Source: Gemmatimonadota bacterium (lineage in GTDB: Bacteria > Gemmatimonadota > Gemmatimonadetes > Gemmatimonadales > GWC2-71-9). From it: 64,000 nt of DNA. Below are positions 35,569 to 43,180 of this stretch, piece by piece. The notes under the pieces are model-generated. The model made no database searches. It was not told the origin of the DNA and saw nothing but the letters and a program-made list of their open reading frames with translations. The stretch covers positions 4,675-68,674 of the forward strand of contig QHUU01000056.1 in the NCBI GenBank assembly GCA_003222155.1, read 5' to 3'. A program made the translations under genes and the position numbers. The number at the start of each line of letters is the position of its first letter. Position 1 is the stretch's first letter.

Positions 35569-36919
35569 CGAGCGCGGACCGCACCGCACGGGCGACCGTC
35601 TCGACCTGATCGGGGAATATGGTGCGGGGATCGAGCAGCACGCGGTCGTCGGCAATGCGGGCGACGATGGGAGGGTCGCTCGCGCGCAGCCGCGCGGCCA
35701 AGGTGTCAGGCGTCAGGTGTCGTTCGGGGGTCACGCGAACGAGCCAGGTCTTGAGCTTCGCGCCCGGAAATGAGCCTCCCCCGACCTCTGATTCACCTTC
35801 GACGACGTCCGCGTCCTTGCCCACGCCTTTGTGCAACGCCTCTGCGCGTTGACGTATTTGCGCGACGTCTTCGGTGAGCATACGGAGGACGGGAATCTCG
35901 CGGAGGCTGGTCGCTGGATCCCGGTACAGTGCCAGCGTAGCCTCCAACGCGGCCAGCGTGAGCTTGTCGGCTCGAACGGCGCGCGCGAGGGGATCGTTGC
36001 GACACGCCTCGATCGCCGCCCGCGTGCCGAGCAGGATGCCGGCCTGCGGACCGCCGAGCAGCTTGTCGCCCGAGAACGCGACCGCGTCCATACCGCTCGC
36101 GAGCGCCTGGAGCACGGTCGGCTCGCCGCCGAGGCCCCAGGGCGCCAGATCGACCAGCAGCCCGCTCCCGAGATCGTACACGCTGGCGACGCCGCGGGCG
36201 TGGCCCACCGCCGCGATCTCCTGTGCCGGAACCTGGGCAGTGAAGCCTGTGACTTGGAAATTGGACTGGTGCACCTTGAGCAGCAGCTTGCTCGCCGGGG
36301 TGAGCGCTGCTTCGTAATCCTTGAGATGCGTGCGATTCGTGGTCCCCACCTCGACCAGCGTGGCGCCCGATCGGGCCATGATGTCCGGGATCCGGAAGGC
36401 GCCGCCGATCTCCACCAGCTCACCCCGCGACACGATCGCCTCGCCGCCGCGCGCCAGCGCCGAGAGCGCGACCAGCACCGCGCCGGCCGCGTTGTTCACG
36501 ACCAAGGCGTCCTCGGCTCCCGTCAGCTCGACCAGGAGATCGCGACATAGCGCGTGGCGTGAGCCACGCGCACCCCGCGCGATGTCGTATTCCAGATTGG
36601 CGTAGCCGGCACCGACGCGCGCCAGCGCGGCAATCGCCGCGCGCGAGAGCGGGGCACGACCGAGGTTGGTGTGCAGCACGACGCCGGTGGCGTTGATCAC
36701 CGGTCCGAGCGAGGGAGCGGCGAGCCGCTGCACCCGGGCCCGGATCGCCGCGCTCCAGCCTTCGGGCGGCGCGCTGCCGCCGTTGGCGCGGGCGGCTTCG
36801 ATGGTCTCCCGCACCGCGCGCACCACGAGACCGCGCGGCCCGGTGGCGGCGAGCGCCGCGACCTCGGGCTCGGCCAGCAGCGCATCTACGGCGGGGAGGC
36901 GGCGGCGCGGGTCGGTCAT
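35561..36919 (-). CDS. selA: L-seryl-tRNA(Sec) selenium transferase
   Basis: ATG 36919 (ATGA overlap). MTDPRRRLPAVDALL, VINATGVVLHTNLGRAPL, and the PLP-lysine motif FSGDKLLGGPQAG. Confidence 0.9.
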   Translation of the reverse strand: MTDPRRRLPAVDALLAEPEVAALAATGPRGLVVRAVRETIEAARANGGSAPPEGWSAAIRARVQRLAAPSLGPVINATGVVLHTNLGRAPLSRAAIAALARVGAGYANLEYDIARGARGSRHALCRDLLVELTGAEDALVVNNAAGAVLVALSALARGGEAIVSRGELVEIGGAFRIPDIMARSGATLVEVGTTNRTHLKDYEAALTPASKLLLKVHQSNFQVTGFTAQVPAQEIAAVGHARGVASVYDLGSGLLVDLAPWGLGGEPTVLQALASGMDAVAFSGDKLLGGPQAGILLGTRAAIEACRNDPLARAVRADKLTLAALEATLALYRDPATSLREIPVLRMLTEDVAQIRQRAEALHKGVGKDADVVEGESEVGGGSFPGAKLKTWLVRVTPERHLTPDTLAARLRASDPPIVARIADDRVLLDPRTIFPDQVETVARAVRSALDG

Positions 36920-38262
36920 GGCGGCTTGGGGCGGGCCTTGGTCGTGTCGGTGGTGGGTGGGGGCTTGGGCACCGGCACCACCAGCACGCCCTGCGCGTCG
37001 GCGGCGACGCCGCTCAAGTTCGTGGCGCCGCGCACGCGCACCAGGTACTTGGCTCCCGGCGCGAGGGGCCGCACCGTCTGGACAACGAGTCGGTCGTAGG
37101 GGACGGGGCGTTCGCTCAGCAGCTTCCTGACCCGAGCGGTGTCGAGGTGGACGGTCGTGTCTCGCGCCGCCCGACCGACGCCCCCCGGCGCAGCGGGTGC
37201 CCGCTGGGCTGCTGCGGAGGGGGGCGTCGGTCGGGCGTGCGAGGTGTCCCGTCGGGCGCGCGACGTGTCCCGGCGCGCCGTGGTGTCGCGCAGTCGCTTG
37301 AGCGAGTCCTCGACCGCGCGCGCACGCGCCTGGATCGAGTCGAACCGGGCGGGCGTGTACAGCGCCCGCACCGCAACGGGGGTCGAATCGGGCAAGGTGA
37401 GCACCCGCACCATGGCGGTGTCCAGTGGGCGGCGCGGGTCGAGCGGTGCGGAAAACGCCACCCGCAGGGTGACGGAATCGATCGACTCGACGGTGCGCGC
37501 ACGCGGGCCCACGGTGTCGTGCACGAAGGCCCACAGCAGCGCGCTCGCGGTCGAGTCCACGGTGACGGTCACCGTGTCGAACGGCTCGCGGCGATCCTGG
37601 CGACGGTTGTTGTTCTCGTCCTGAATGGCCCAGACGTGGTAGCGCCCCGGCGGTATGGCGGGCAGCCGGAAGTTGCCGGTCGAGTCGACGAGGGTGACGT
37701 AGGCGATGGTGTCGGGGAGCAGGGCCGCGCGGATCACCGCCTGCGGCAGGGTGCGCTGCTCCGCCCACAAGAGCACGGTGCCCGTGAGCGTTGCGGCCGG
37801 CACGGCGGGGCCCGTGGTGAACACGACCGTGGTCCCGGTCTTGGTCGCGTTGCGCCGCAGGTCGGCGATCCCGGGCAGGACCTGCAGGTGGTACACCCGG
37901 CCACGCTTCCATCCCTCGCGCGGCGACACGTGAATCGCGCTGCGGTGCCACGAGACCTTCACGTCGCTCCCCACGGGGGAGAGCACGACTTTCTGGGCGA
38001 GCCCGGCGATCGCGCCGGAGGGGCCCCCGCGCGACGGCATCTCGTCGATCACCTCGTCGAACTGCACGACGGCATCGCCGTGCAGGTCGGCCGCTACGGC
38101 GCCGGACTCCGGGACCGTGCGGAGGATGGCGGGGGGAGTGGTGCGGGGCGGGCCGCCGGGCGGATCGCCCTGGCTCGCGCACGCGCCCCCGCCCAGCAGG
38201 GTGGTCAGGAGCAGCCCAGCGACTTGAGCTTGTCGGCCAGCGCCTGCCGCTGGTCTCGCCAC
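36916..38262 (-). CDS. Ig-like (SbsA_Ig-type) domain lipoprotein; start uncertain
   Basis: Candidate GTG 38262 gives VARPAAGAGRQAQVAGLLLTTLLGGGAC (lipoprotein-like signal) and overlaps the valS 3' end by 58 nt. PPAILRTVPESGAVAADLHGDAVVQFDEVIDE. Internal RRDTSRARRDTSHAR repeat. Confidence 0.6.
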   Translation of the reverse strand: MARPAAGAGRQAQVAGLLLTTLLGGGACASQGDPPGGPPRTTPPAILRTVPESGAVAADLHGDAVVQFDEVIDEMPSRGGPSGAIAGLAQKVVLSPVGSDVKVSWHRSAIHVSPREGWKRGRVYHLQVLPGIADLRRNATKTGTTVVFTTGPAVPAATLTGTVLLWAEQRTLPQAVIRAALLPDTIAYVTLVDSTGNFRLPAIPPGRYHVWAIQDENNNRRQDRREPFDTVTVTVDSTASALLWAFVHDTVGPRARTVESIDSVTLRVAFSAPLDPRRPLDTAMVRVLTLPDSTPVAVRALYTPARFDSIQARARAVEDSLKRLRDTTARRDTSRARRDTSHARPTPPSAAAQRAPAAPGGVGRAARDTTVHLDTARVRKLLSERPVPYDRLVVQTVRPLAPGAKYLVRVRGATNLSGVAADAQGVLVVPVPKPPPTTDTTKARPKPP

Positions 38263-40895
38263 GCCCGCTCCTTCTCGCGCTCCTTGGCGACCACCTCGGC
38301 GGGCGCCCGCGCGATGAAATTCTTGTTGGTGAGCTTGGCGTCGAGCGCCGCCAGTTGTTGCTCGAGCCGCGTGAGCTCGCCCAAGAGGCGCTGGCACTCC
38401 TGACGCAGGTCGATCGCGTCGGCCAACGCGACGAACACCTCGCTGCCGTCGCCCAGCACGGCATGGGCGCCCGCGCCGTGCAGCCCGCCGTCGAGCTGCA
38501 GCTCCGAGAGCTGGGCCAGCCGGACGATCGTGTCGCGTTCTCCGTCGAACGCGGCTCGGATCGATTCGCTCCTCGGCTTGATGGCGGCCGCGAGACGCGT
38601 CTTGGGGGGTACCCGGTACTCCGCCCGGATGGCCCGGATCTTCGAGATCGCTTCCTGGACGCGCGCGAATTCGGAATCGCGAGCGAGCTTTGGGAAGGTC
38701 GACGGCACCGTGGGCCACGTCGCGACGGCCAGGAGGTCGTCCGCCTGTCGACCCGGTAGCATCTGCCACAATTCCTCGGTAAGGAAGGGCACAACCGGGT
38801 GCAGCAAGCGGAGCACGGTGTCGAAGCAATACGCGAGCACCGCGTGTGCTGCAGCGACGTCCGGAGCGGCCCCCGCCGCTGCGGCAAGGCGCGGCTTGAC
38901 CGCTTCCACATACCAGTCGGCGAGGTCGTTCCATGCGAACTCGAAACAGGTCTTGGCGGCCTCATCGAGGCGAAACGACTCGAGCTGTTCCGTCGCGTCC
39001 AGGACCGTCTTGGACGCTTGGCCGAGGATCCAGCGGTCCGCCAATGACAGCGTCGCCGGGTCGAGGTCGTCGATCGGCCGTATCCGCTCGGGCAGCTGCG
39101 CCAGAATGAACCGCCCGATGTTCCAGAGCTTGTTCGCGAAGTTGCGCCCGGGAGCGAATGTAGTCTCGAGGTCGCTCGGGTCGAGGATCACGTCGGCGCC
39201 GAGCGAGCTGCCCGCCACGAGCGTCCAGCGCAGCGCGTCCGCGCCGTACAGCCGCACCACGTCGAGTGGGTCGATGCCGTTGCCGAGCGACTTGGACATC
39301 TTGCGATGCTGGGTATCGCGCACCGTGCCGTGCAGGTACACCGTCGTGAACGGCAGCCGGCGATCCATGAAGTGGTAGCCCGACATCAGCATCCGGGCCA
39401 CCCAGAAGAACAGGATCTCCGGCGCGGTGACCAGCGTGTGTCCCGGATAGAACCGCGCGAGATCGGCGGTGCGCTCGGGCCAGCCGAAGGTCGCGAATGG
39501 CCACAGCCACGACGAGAACCACGTGTCCAGCACGTCGGGGTCCTGCTCGACGGCGCCGCCGCATTTGGGGCAGCGTGCGGGGTCCTTCCGGTCGGCCCAC
39601 CGGTGCTCGCACTGCGTGCACGTGAACACGGGGATGCGGTGCCCCCACCACAGCTGGCGGGAGATGTTCCAGTCGCGGATGTTCTCCATCCAGTGCTCGA
39701 ACGTCGCGTGCCAGCGCTCCGGCACGATGCGGAACGTCGCCGCCCGATAAGCCGTGAGCACCGGCTCGGCGAGCGGCTTCATCTTCACGAACCACTGATC
39801 GCTGAGCCGTGGCTCGACGATCGTGTCGCAGCGGTAGCAGCGCCGCAGCGCGTATCGGTGCGGCTCGATCTTCTCGAGCAGGCCCCGCTCTTTCAGCATG
39901 TCCACGATCCGCTCGCGCGCCTCGAACCGGTCGAGGTCGGCGAGCGGCTTGGGCACCCGCGTCGCGTGCTCCATGCGTCCGTCCTCGGTCATGACCAGCG
40001 GCATCTCCAGCTTGTGCCGCAGGCCGATCTCGAAATCGGTCGCGTCGTGCGCCGGGGTCACCTTCACGAACCCGGTGCCAAAGGTGGGGTCGACCACGTC
40101 GTCCGCGACGATCGGAATCGGGATGTCGGCGATGGGGAGCCGGGCCACCTTTCCCACGAAGCCGGCGTGCCGGGCATCCTTCGGGTGGACCGCCACGGCC
40201 GTGTCGCCGAGCAGCGTCTCGGGACGGGTCGTGGCGACCGTGAGGAAGGGCTGCGGGCCGCCTTCCACCGGGTAATGGATGTAATACAGCTTGCCGTCCG
40301 TCTCCGTCGATTCGGCTTCCTCGTCGGACAGGGCGGTGAGGCAGTGGGAGCACCAATGGATCACGCGGTGGCCGCGATAGATCAGCCCTTCTTCCCACAG
40401 CCGCACGAAGACCTCGCGCACCGCGCGCGAGTAGGCCTCGTCCAGCGTGAAGCGGGTGCGGCTCCAATCGCACGAGCAGCCGATCATCTTGAGCTGCTCG
40501 AGGATGGTGTTCCCCGTCTCCCGCACGAACGCCCATACCCGCTCGACGAACGTGTCGCGCCCGAGGTCGAACCGGGTCTTTCCCTCCTTGGCGACGAGTC
40601 GTTCGACGACGTTCTGGGTGGCGATCCCGGCGTGGTCGGTTCCCGGGAGCCATTCGGCTTCTCGCGCGCGCATCCGCTCGAACCGGATCAGCACGTCCTG
40701 GATCACGTTGTTGAGCCCCTGGCCCGTGTGGAGGATCGCGGTGATGTTGGGCGGGGGCATGACGATCACGTACGGCTCACGTGACGAGTCGGCGCGGGCC
40801 GTGAACACCCCGCGGTCGAGCCAGCGCTGGTACAGGCGCCGCTCCACGGCGTGCGGATCGTACTGGGGTGGAAGCTCGAAGCGCGGCTGCGGCAT
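38205..40895 (-). CDS. valS: valine--tRNA ligase
   Basis: ATG 40895. 896 aa with class I signatures (PPPNITAILHTGQ, RKMSKSLGN) and a C-terminal coiled coil. Confidence 0.97.
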   Translation of the reverse strand: MPQPRFELPPQYDPHAVERRLYQRWLDRGVFTARADSSREPYVIVMPPPNITAILHTGQGLNNVIQDVLIRFERMRAREAEWLPGTDHAGIATQNVVERLVAKEGKTRFDLGRDTFVERVWAFVRETGNTILEQLKMIGCSCDWSRTRFTLDEAYSRAVREVFVRLWEEGLIYRGHRVIHWCSHCLTALSDEEAESTETDGKLYYIHYPVEGGPQPFLTVATTRPETLLGDTAVAVHPKDARHAGFVGKVARLPIADIPIPIVADDVVDPTFGTGFVKVTPAHDATDFEIGLRHKLEMPLVMTEDGRMEHATRVPKPLADLDRFEARERIVDMLKERGLLEKIEPHRYALRRCYRCDTIVEPRLSDQWFVKMKPLAEPVLTAYRAATFRIVPERWHATFEHWMENIRDWNISRQLWWGHRIPVFTCTQCEHRWADRKDPARCPKCGGAVEQDPDVLDTWFSSWLWPFATFGWPERTADLARFYPGHTLVTAPEILFFWVARMLMSGYHFMDRRLPFTTVYLHGTVRDTQHRKMSKSLGNGIDPLDVVRLYGADALRWTLVAGSSLGADVILDPSDLETTFAPGRNFANKLWNIGRFILAQLPERIRPIDDLDPATLSLADRWILGQASKTVLDATEQLESFRLDEAAKTCFEFAWNDLADWYVEAVKPRLAAAAGAAPDVAAAHAVLAYCFDTVLRLLHPVVPFLTEELWQMLPGRQADDLLAVATWPTVPSTFPKLARDSEFARVQEAISKIRAIRAEYRVPPKTRLAAAIKPRSESIRAAFDGERDTIVRLAQLSELQLDGGLHGAGAHAVLGDGSEVFVALADAIDLRQECQRLLGELTRLEQQLAALDAKLTNKNFIARAPAEVVAKEREKERAWRDQRQALADKLKSLGCS

Positions 40896-40910
40896 TCCTT
40901 ATAATAGGCA

Positions 40911-40940
40911 GGTTGGTGGAGGTTGGTGGAGGTTGGTGGT
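40911..40940 (+). repeat. tandem decamer GGTTGGTGGA x3 (last unit ends in T)
   Basis: Read directly. Lies in the 58-bp divergent valS / thrS-side intergenic region, flanked by TATAAT (40900-40905) and TAGAAT (40940-40945). Confidence 0.9.
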
Positions 40941-40953
40941 AGAATACGCTCTC

Positions 40954-41112
40954 ATGGCCGACGAAATGCCGCAGCTCCCCACCACCCGCCTCGCCCGGTG
41001 GATCGCGATCGCGGTTGTGATCGTCTTCGCCATCGCGCTCTACTTCCGCGACGGGCGCCGGGTGCCGTCGCTCACCAGTCCGGCCGCCCCCGCCGCCCAA
41101 CCGGTTCCCTGA
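40954..41112 (+). CDS. possible 52-aa single-TM protein upstream of thrS
   Basis: ATG 40954. MADEMPQLPTTRLARWIAIAVVIVFAIALYFRDGRR... Its stop lies 4 nt before the thrS start. Confidence 0.4.
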   Translation: MADEMPQLPTTRLARWIAIAVVIVFAIALYFRDGRRVPSLTSPAAPAAQPVP

Positions 41113-41116
41113 CCCG

Positions 41117-43069
41117 ATGGTCGCCGCCGAAATCCGGGTCACGCTCCCCGACGGGAGCGAGAAACGCCTGCCCCAGGGCTCCACCGGCGCCGATCTGGCC
41201 AAGGCGATCGGGCCGGGCCTCGCCAAGGCGGCCCTCGCCGTGCGTGTGAACGGGAGCGTCTGGGATCTGGCACGCCCGCTCCCCGACGGCGCCACGGTCG
41301 CGATCCTCACCGACAAGGACCCGCAGGCGCTCGACGTGCTGCGTCACTCCTCGGCCCATGTCCTGGCGACGGCGGTGCGGGAGCTGTTCCCGCACGCCAA
41401 GATCGGGTTCGGGCCGCCGATCGAGGACGGGTTCTACTACGACTTCGCGGTGGAGCGGCCCTTCGGTCCCGACGATCTGGAGGCCATCGAAAAGAAGATG
41501 GCGGAGGTCGTCAAGGCCGATTACCCGTTTGTCCGCGAAGAAGTCTCGCGCACCGAAGCGAAGCGGCGCTTCAAGGATGACCCGCTCAAGCTCGAGCGGA
41601 TCGAGGACCTCGGTCCCGACGAGGTGATCTCGGTCTACACCGACGGCCCGTTCCTGGACCTGTGCCGCGGGCCCCACGTGCCGAGCACCGGTCGGATCAA
41701 ACACTTCAAGCTGTTGCACGCCGCCGGCGCCTACTGGCGTGGCGACGAGCGCCGCCAGATGCTGCAGCGCATCTACGGCACCGCCTGGTTCACCAAGGAC
41801 GACCTCGAGGGCTACCTGCGGCGGCTCGACGAGGCCAAGAAGCGCGACCATCGTGTGCTGGGCAAGCAGCTCGATCTCTTTTCGATTCAGGAGGAGGTGG
41901 GCCCGGGGTTGATACTGTGGCACCCCAAGGGGGCCATGCTGAACTTCCAGCTGCGCCGCTTCATCGAGGACGTGATTCTGGAGCGCGGCTATCAGCTGGT
42001 TTACACACCCAACGTCACGCGCGAGGAGCTGTTCCTGCGCTCCGGGCACCTGCCGCTGTATGCCGAAAACCAGTTTCCGGCCATGGCGGCAGGGGAGGGT
42101 GAGGCCGAGGGCGTCCGCTATCGGGTGAAGCCGATGAACTGCCCGATGCATATCCTCATCTACGCGTCGCAGCAGCGCAGCTATCGCGACCTCCCGATCC
42201 GGCTCGCCGAGATCGCCAACGTATATCGCAACGAGCGCTCGGGGACGCTGCACGGCATGCTGCGCGTGCGCGGGCTCTCGATGGACGATGCGCACCTCTT
42301 TTTGCGCGAGGACCAGATCGAGCAGGAGATCTTCCAGCTGCTCGACATCGTGGAGCTGGTCCTGGGGAAGACGTTCGGGCTGTCGTATCGGCTCGACCTC
42401 GCGACGCGGCCCCCCAGGAAGCTCGGCACCGACGCGACGTGGGATCAGGCGGAGCGCGCGCTCGAGCAGGCGCTGAAACACCGTGGCGCCACGTACCGCA
42501 TCGATCAGGGCGGCGGGGCGTTCTACGGACCGAAGATCGACATCAAGTTCAACGACGCCATCGGCCGCGAGTGGCAGGGTGCCACTATCCAGCTGGATTT
42601 CGAGCAGCCCGAGCGCTTCGCACTCGAGTACACCGGCGAGGATAACCGGCCGCACCGGCCCGTGATGATCCACCGCGCCATCTACGGCACGCTGGAGCGA
42701 TTTGTCGGATTTCTGATCGAGCACTTCGCGGGTGCATTCCCGCTGTGGCTCGCGCCCGACCAGGTCCGCGTGCTCCCGATCTCGGCCGCCCAGGCGCCCG
42801 CGGCCCGCACTTTGCACGATCGGCTGCGGGCGGCGGGGATCCGCTCGTCCGTGGACGAGCGCAGCGACACCCTGAATTACCGCATCCGGGACGCGGAGCT
42901 GCACAAGGTGCCGTACATGGCCGTGGTCGGGCAGCGCGAAGCCGACGCGGGAACGGCCGCCGTTCGGGCCCGCGGTGCCGGTCAGAAGCAGACCGTGCTG
43001 CCCGTGGCCGAGTTCGTGGCGAAACTCACGGAAGAGGTTCGCACCCGGAGTTTGACACCGTTAGTTTGA
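41117..43069 (+). CDS. thrS: threonine--tRNA ligase
   Basis: 650 aa. N-terminal TGS domain (IRVTLPDGSEKRLPQGSTG), editing-domain HSSAHVLA, and a class II core. Confidence 0.97.
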   Translation: MVAAEIRVTLPDGSEKRLPQGSTGADLAKAIGPGLAKAALAVRVNGSVWDLARPLPDGATVAILTDKDPQALDVLRHSSAHVLATAVRELFPHAKIGFGPPIEDGFYYDFAVERPFGPDDLEAIEKKMAEVVKADYPFVREEVSRTEAKRRFKDDPLKLERIEDLGPDEVISVYTDGPFLDLCRGPHVPSTGRIKHFKLLHAAGAYWRGDERRQMLQRIYGTAWFTKDDLEGYLRRLDEAKKRDHRVLGKQLDLFSIQEEVGPGLILWHPKGAMLNFQLRRFIEDVILERGYQLVYTPNVTREELFLRSGHLPLYAENQFPAMAAGEGEAEGVRYRVKPMNCPMHILIYASQQRSYRDLPIRLAEIANVYRNERSGTLHGMLRVRGLSMDDAHLFLREDQIEQEIFQLLDIVELVLGKTFGLSYRLDLATRPPRKLGTDATWDQAERALEQALKHRGATYRIDQGGGAFYGPKIDIKFNDAIGREWQGATIQLDFEQPERFALEYTGEDNRPHRPVMIHRAIYGTLERFVGFLIEHFAGAFPLWLAPDQVRVLPISAAQAPAARTLHDRLRAAGIRSSVDERSDTLNYRIRDAELHKVPYMAVVGQREADAGTAAVRARGAGQKQTVLPVAEFVAKLTEEVRTRSLTPLV

Positions 43070-43075
43070 GACTAA

Positions 43076-43092
43076 CCCCGGGATCCCCGGGG
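43076..43092 (+). terminator. GC hairpin CCCCGGG-AUC-CCCGGGG just after the thrS stop (no U-tract)
   Basis: Read directly. It is the first of three consecutive GC-rich hairpins in the thrS 3' region. Confidence 0.35.
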
Positions 43093-43095
43093 CTT

Positions 43096-43123
43096 GATCC
43101 CCGGGCTTGCGCCCGGGGTCAGT
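43096..43123 (-). repeat. REP-like GNRA hairpin element, copy D
   Basis: Minus-strand reading ACTGA-CCCCGGGCGCAAGCCCGGGG-ATC. Confidence 0.8.
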
Positions 43124-43137
43124 TGACACCGATGCAG

Positions 43138-43165
43138 ACTGACCCCGGACGCAAGTCCGGGGTGG
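43138..43165 (+). repeat. REP-like GNRA hairpin element, copy E (inverted relative to copy D)
   Basis: ACTGA-CCCCGGACGCAAGTCCGGGG-TGG, separated from copy D by 14 nt. Confidence 0.8.
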
Positions 43166-43180
43166 ATCGAAGGACGAAAG

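Noticed and set aside
38206-38208. CTG start overlapping the valS stop (CTGA) for the Ig-like lipoprotein, by analogy with the ATGA/GTGA junctions.
   Set aside because: It would leave almost no signal-peptide n/h region before the lipobox Cys. GTG 38262 gives a proper signal, so the CTG start is not preferred, though the true start remains uncertain.
35561-38965. Single 1134-aa ORF spanning selA and the upstream lipoprotein region; also possible in-frame TGA recoding near selA.
   Set aside because: The N-terminal ~680 aa of that ORF are a shadow frame over the Ig-like lipoprotein gene. SelA starts cleanly at ATG 36919 with the canonical N-terminus. I found no pair of same-frame ORFs separated by a single TGA anywhere in the window.
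40911-40940. The tandem decamer as a mini CRISPR array or other repeat-spacer structure.
   Set aside because: The units are directly abutting 10-mers with no spacers, and there are no cas genes. It is simply a short tandem repeat.
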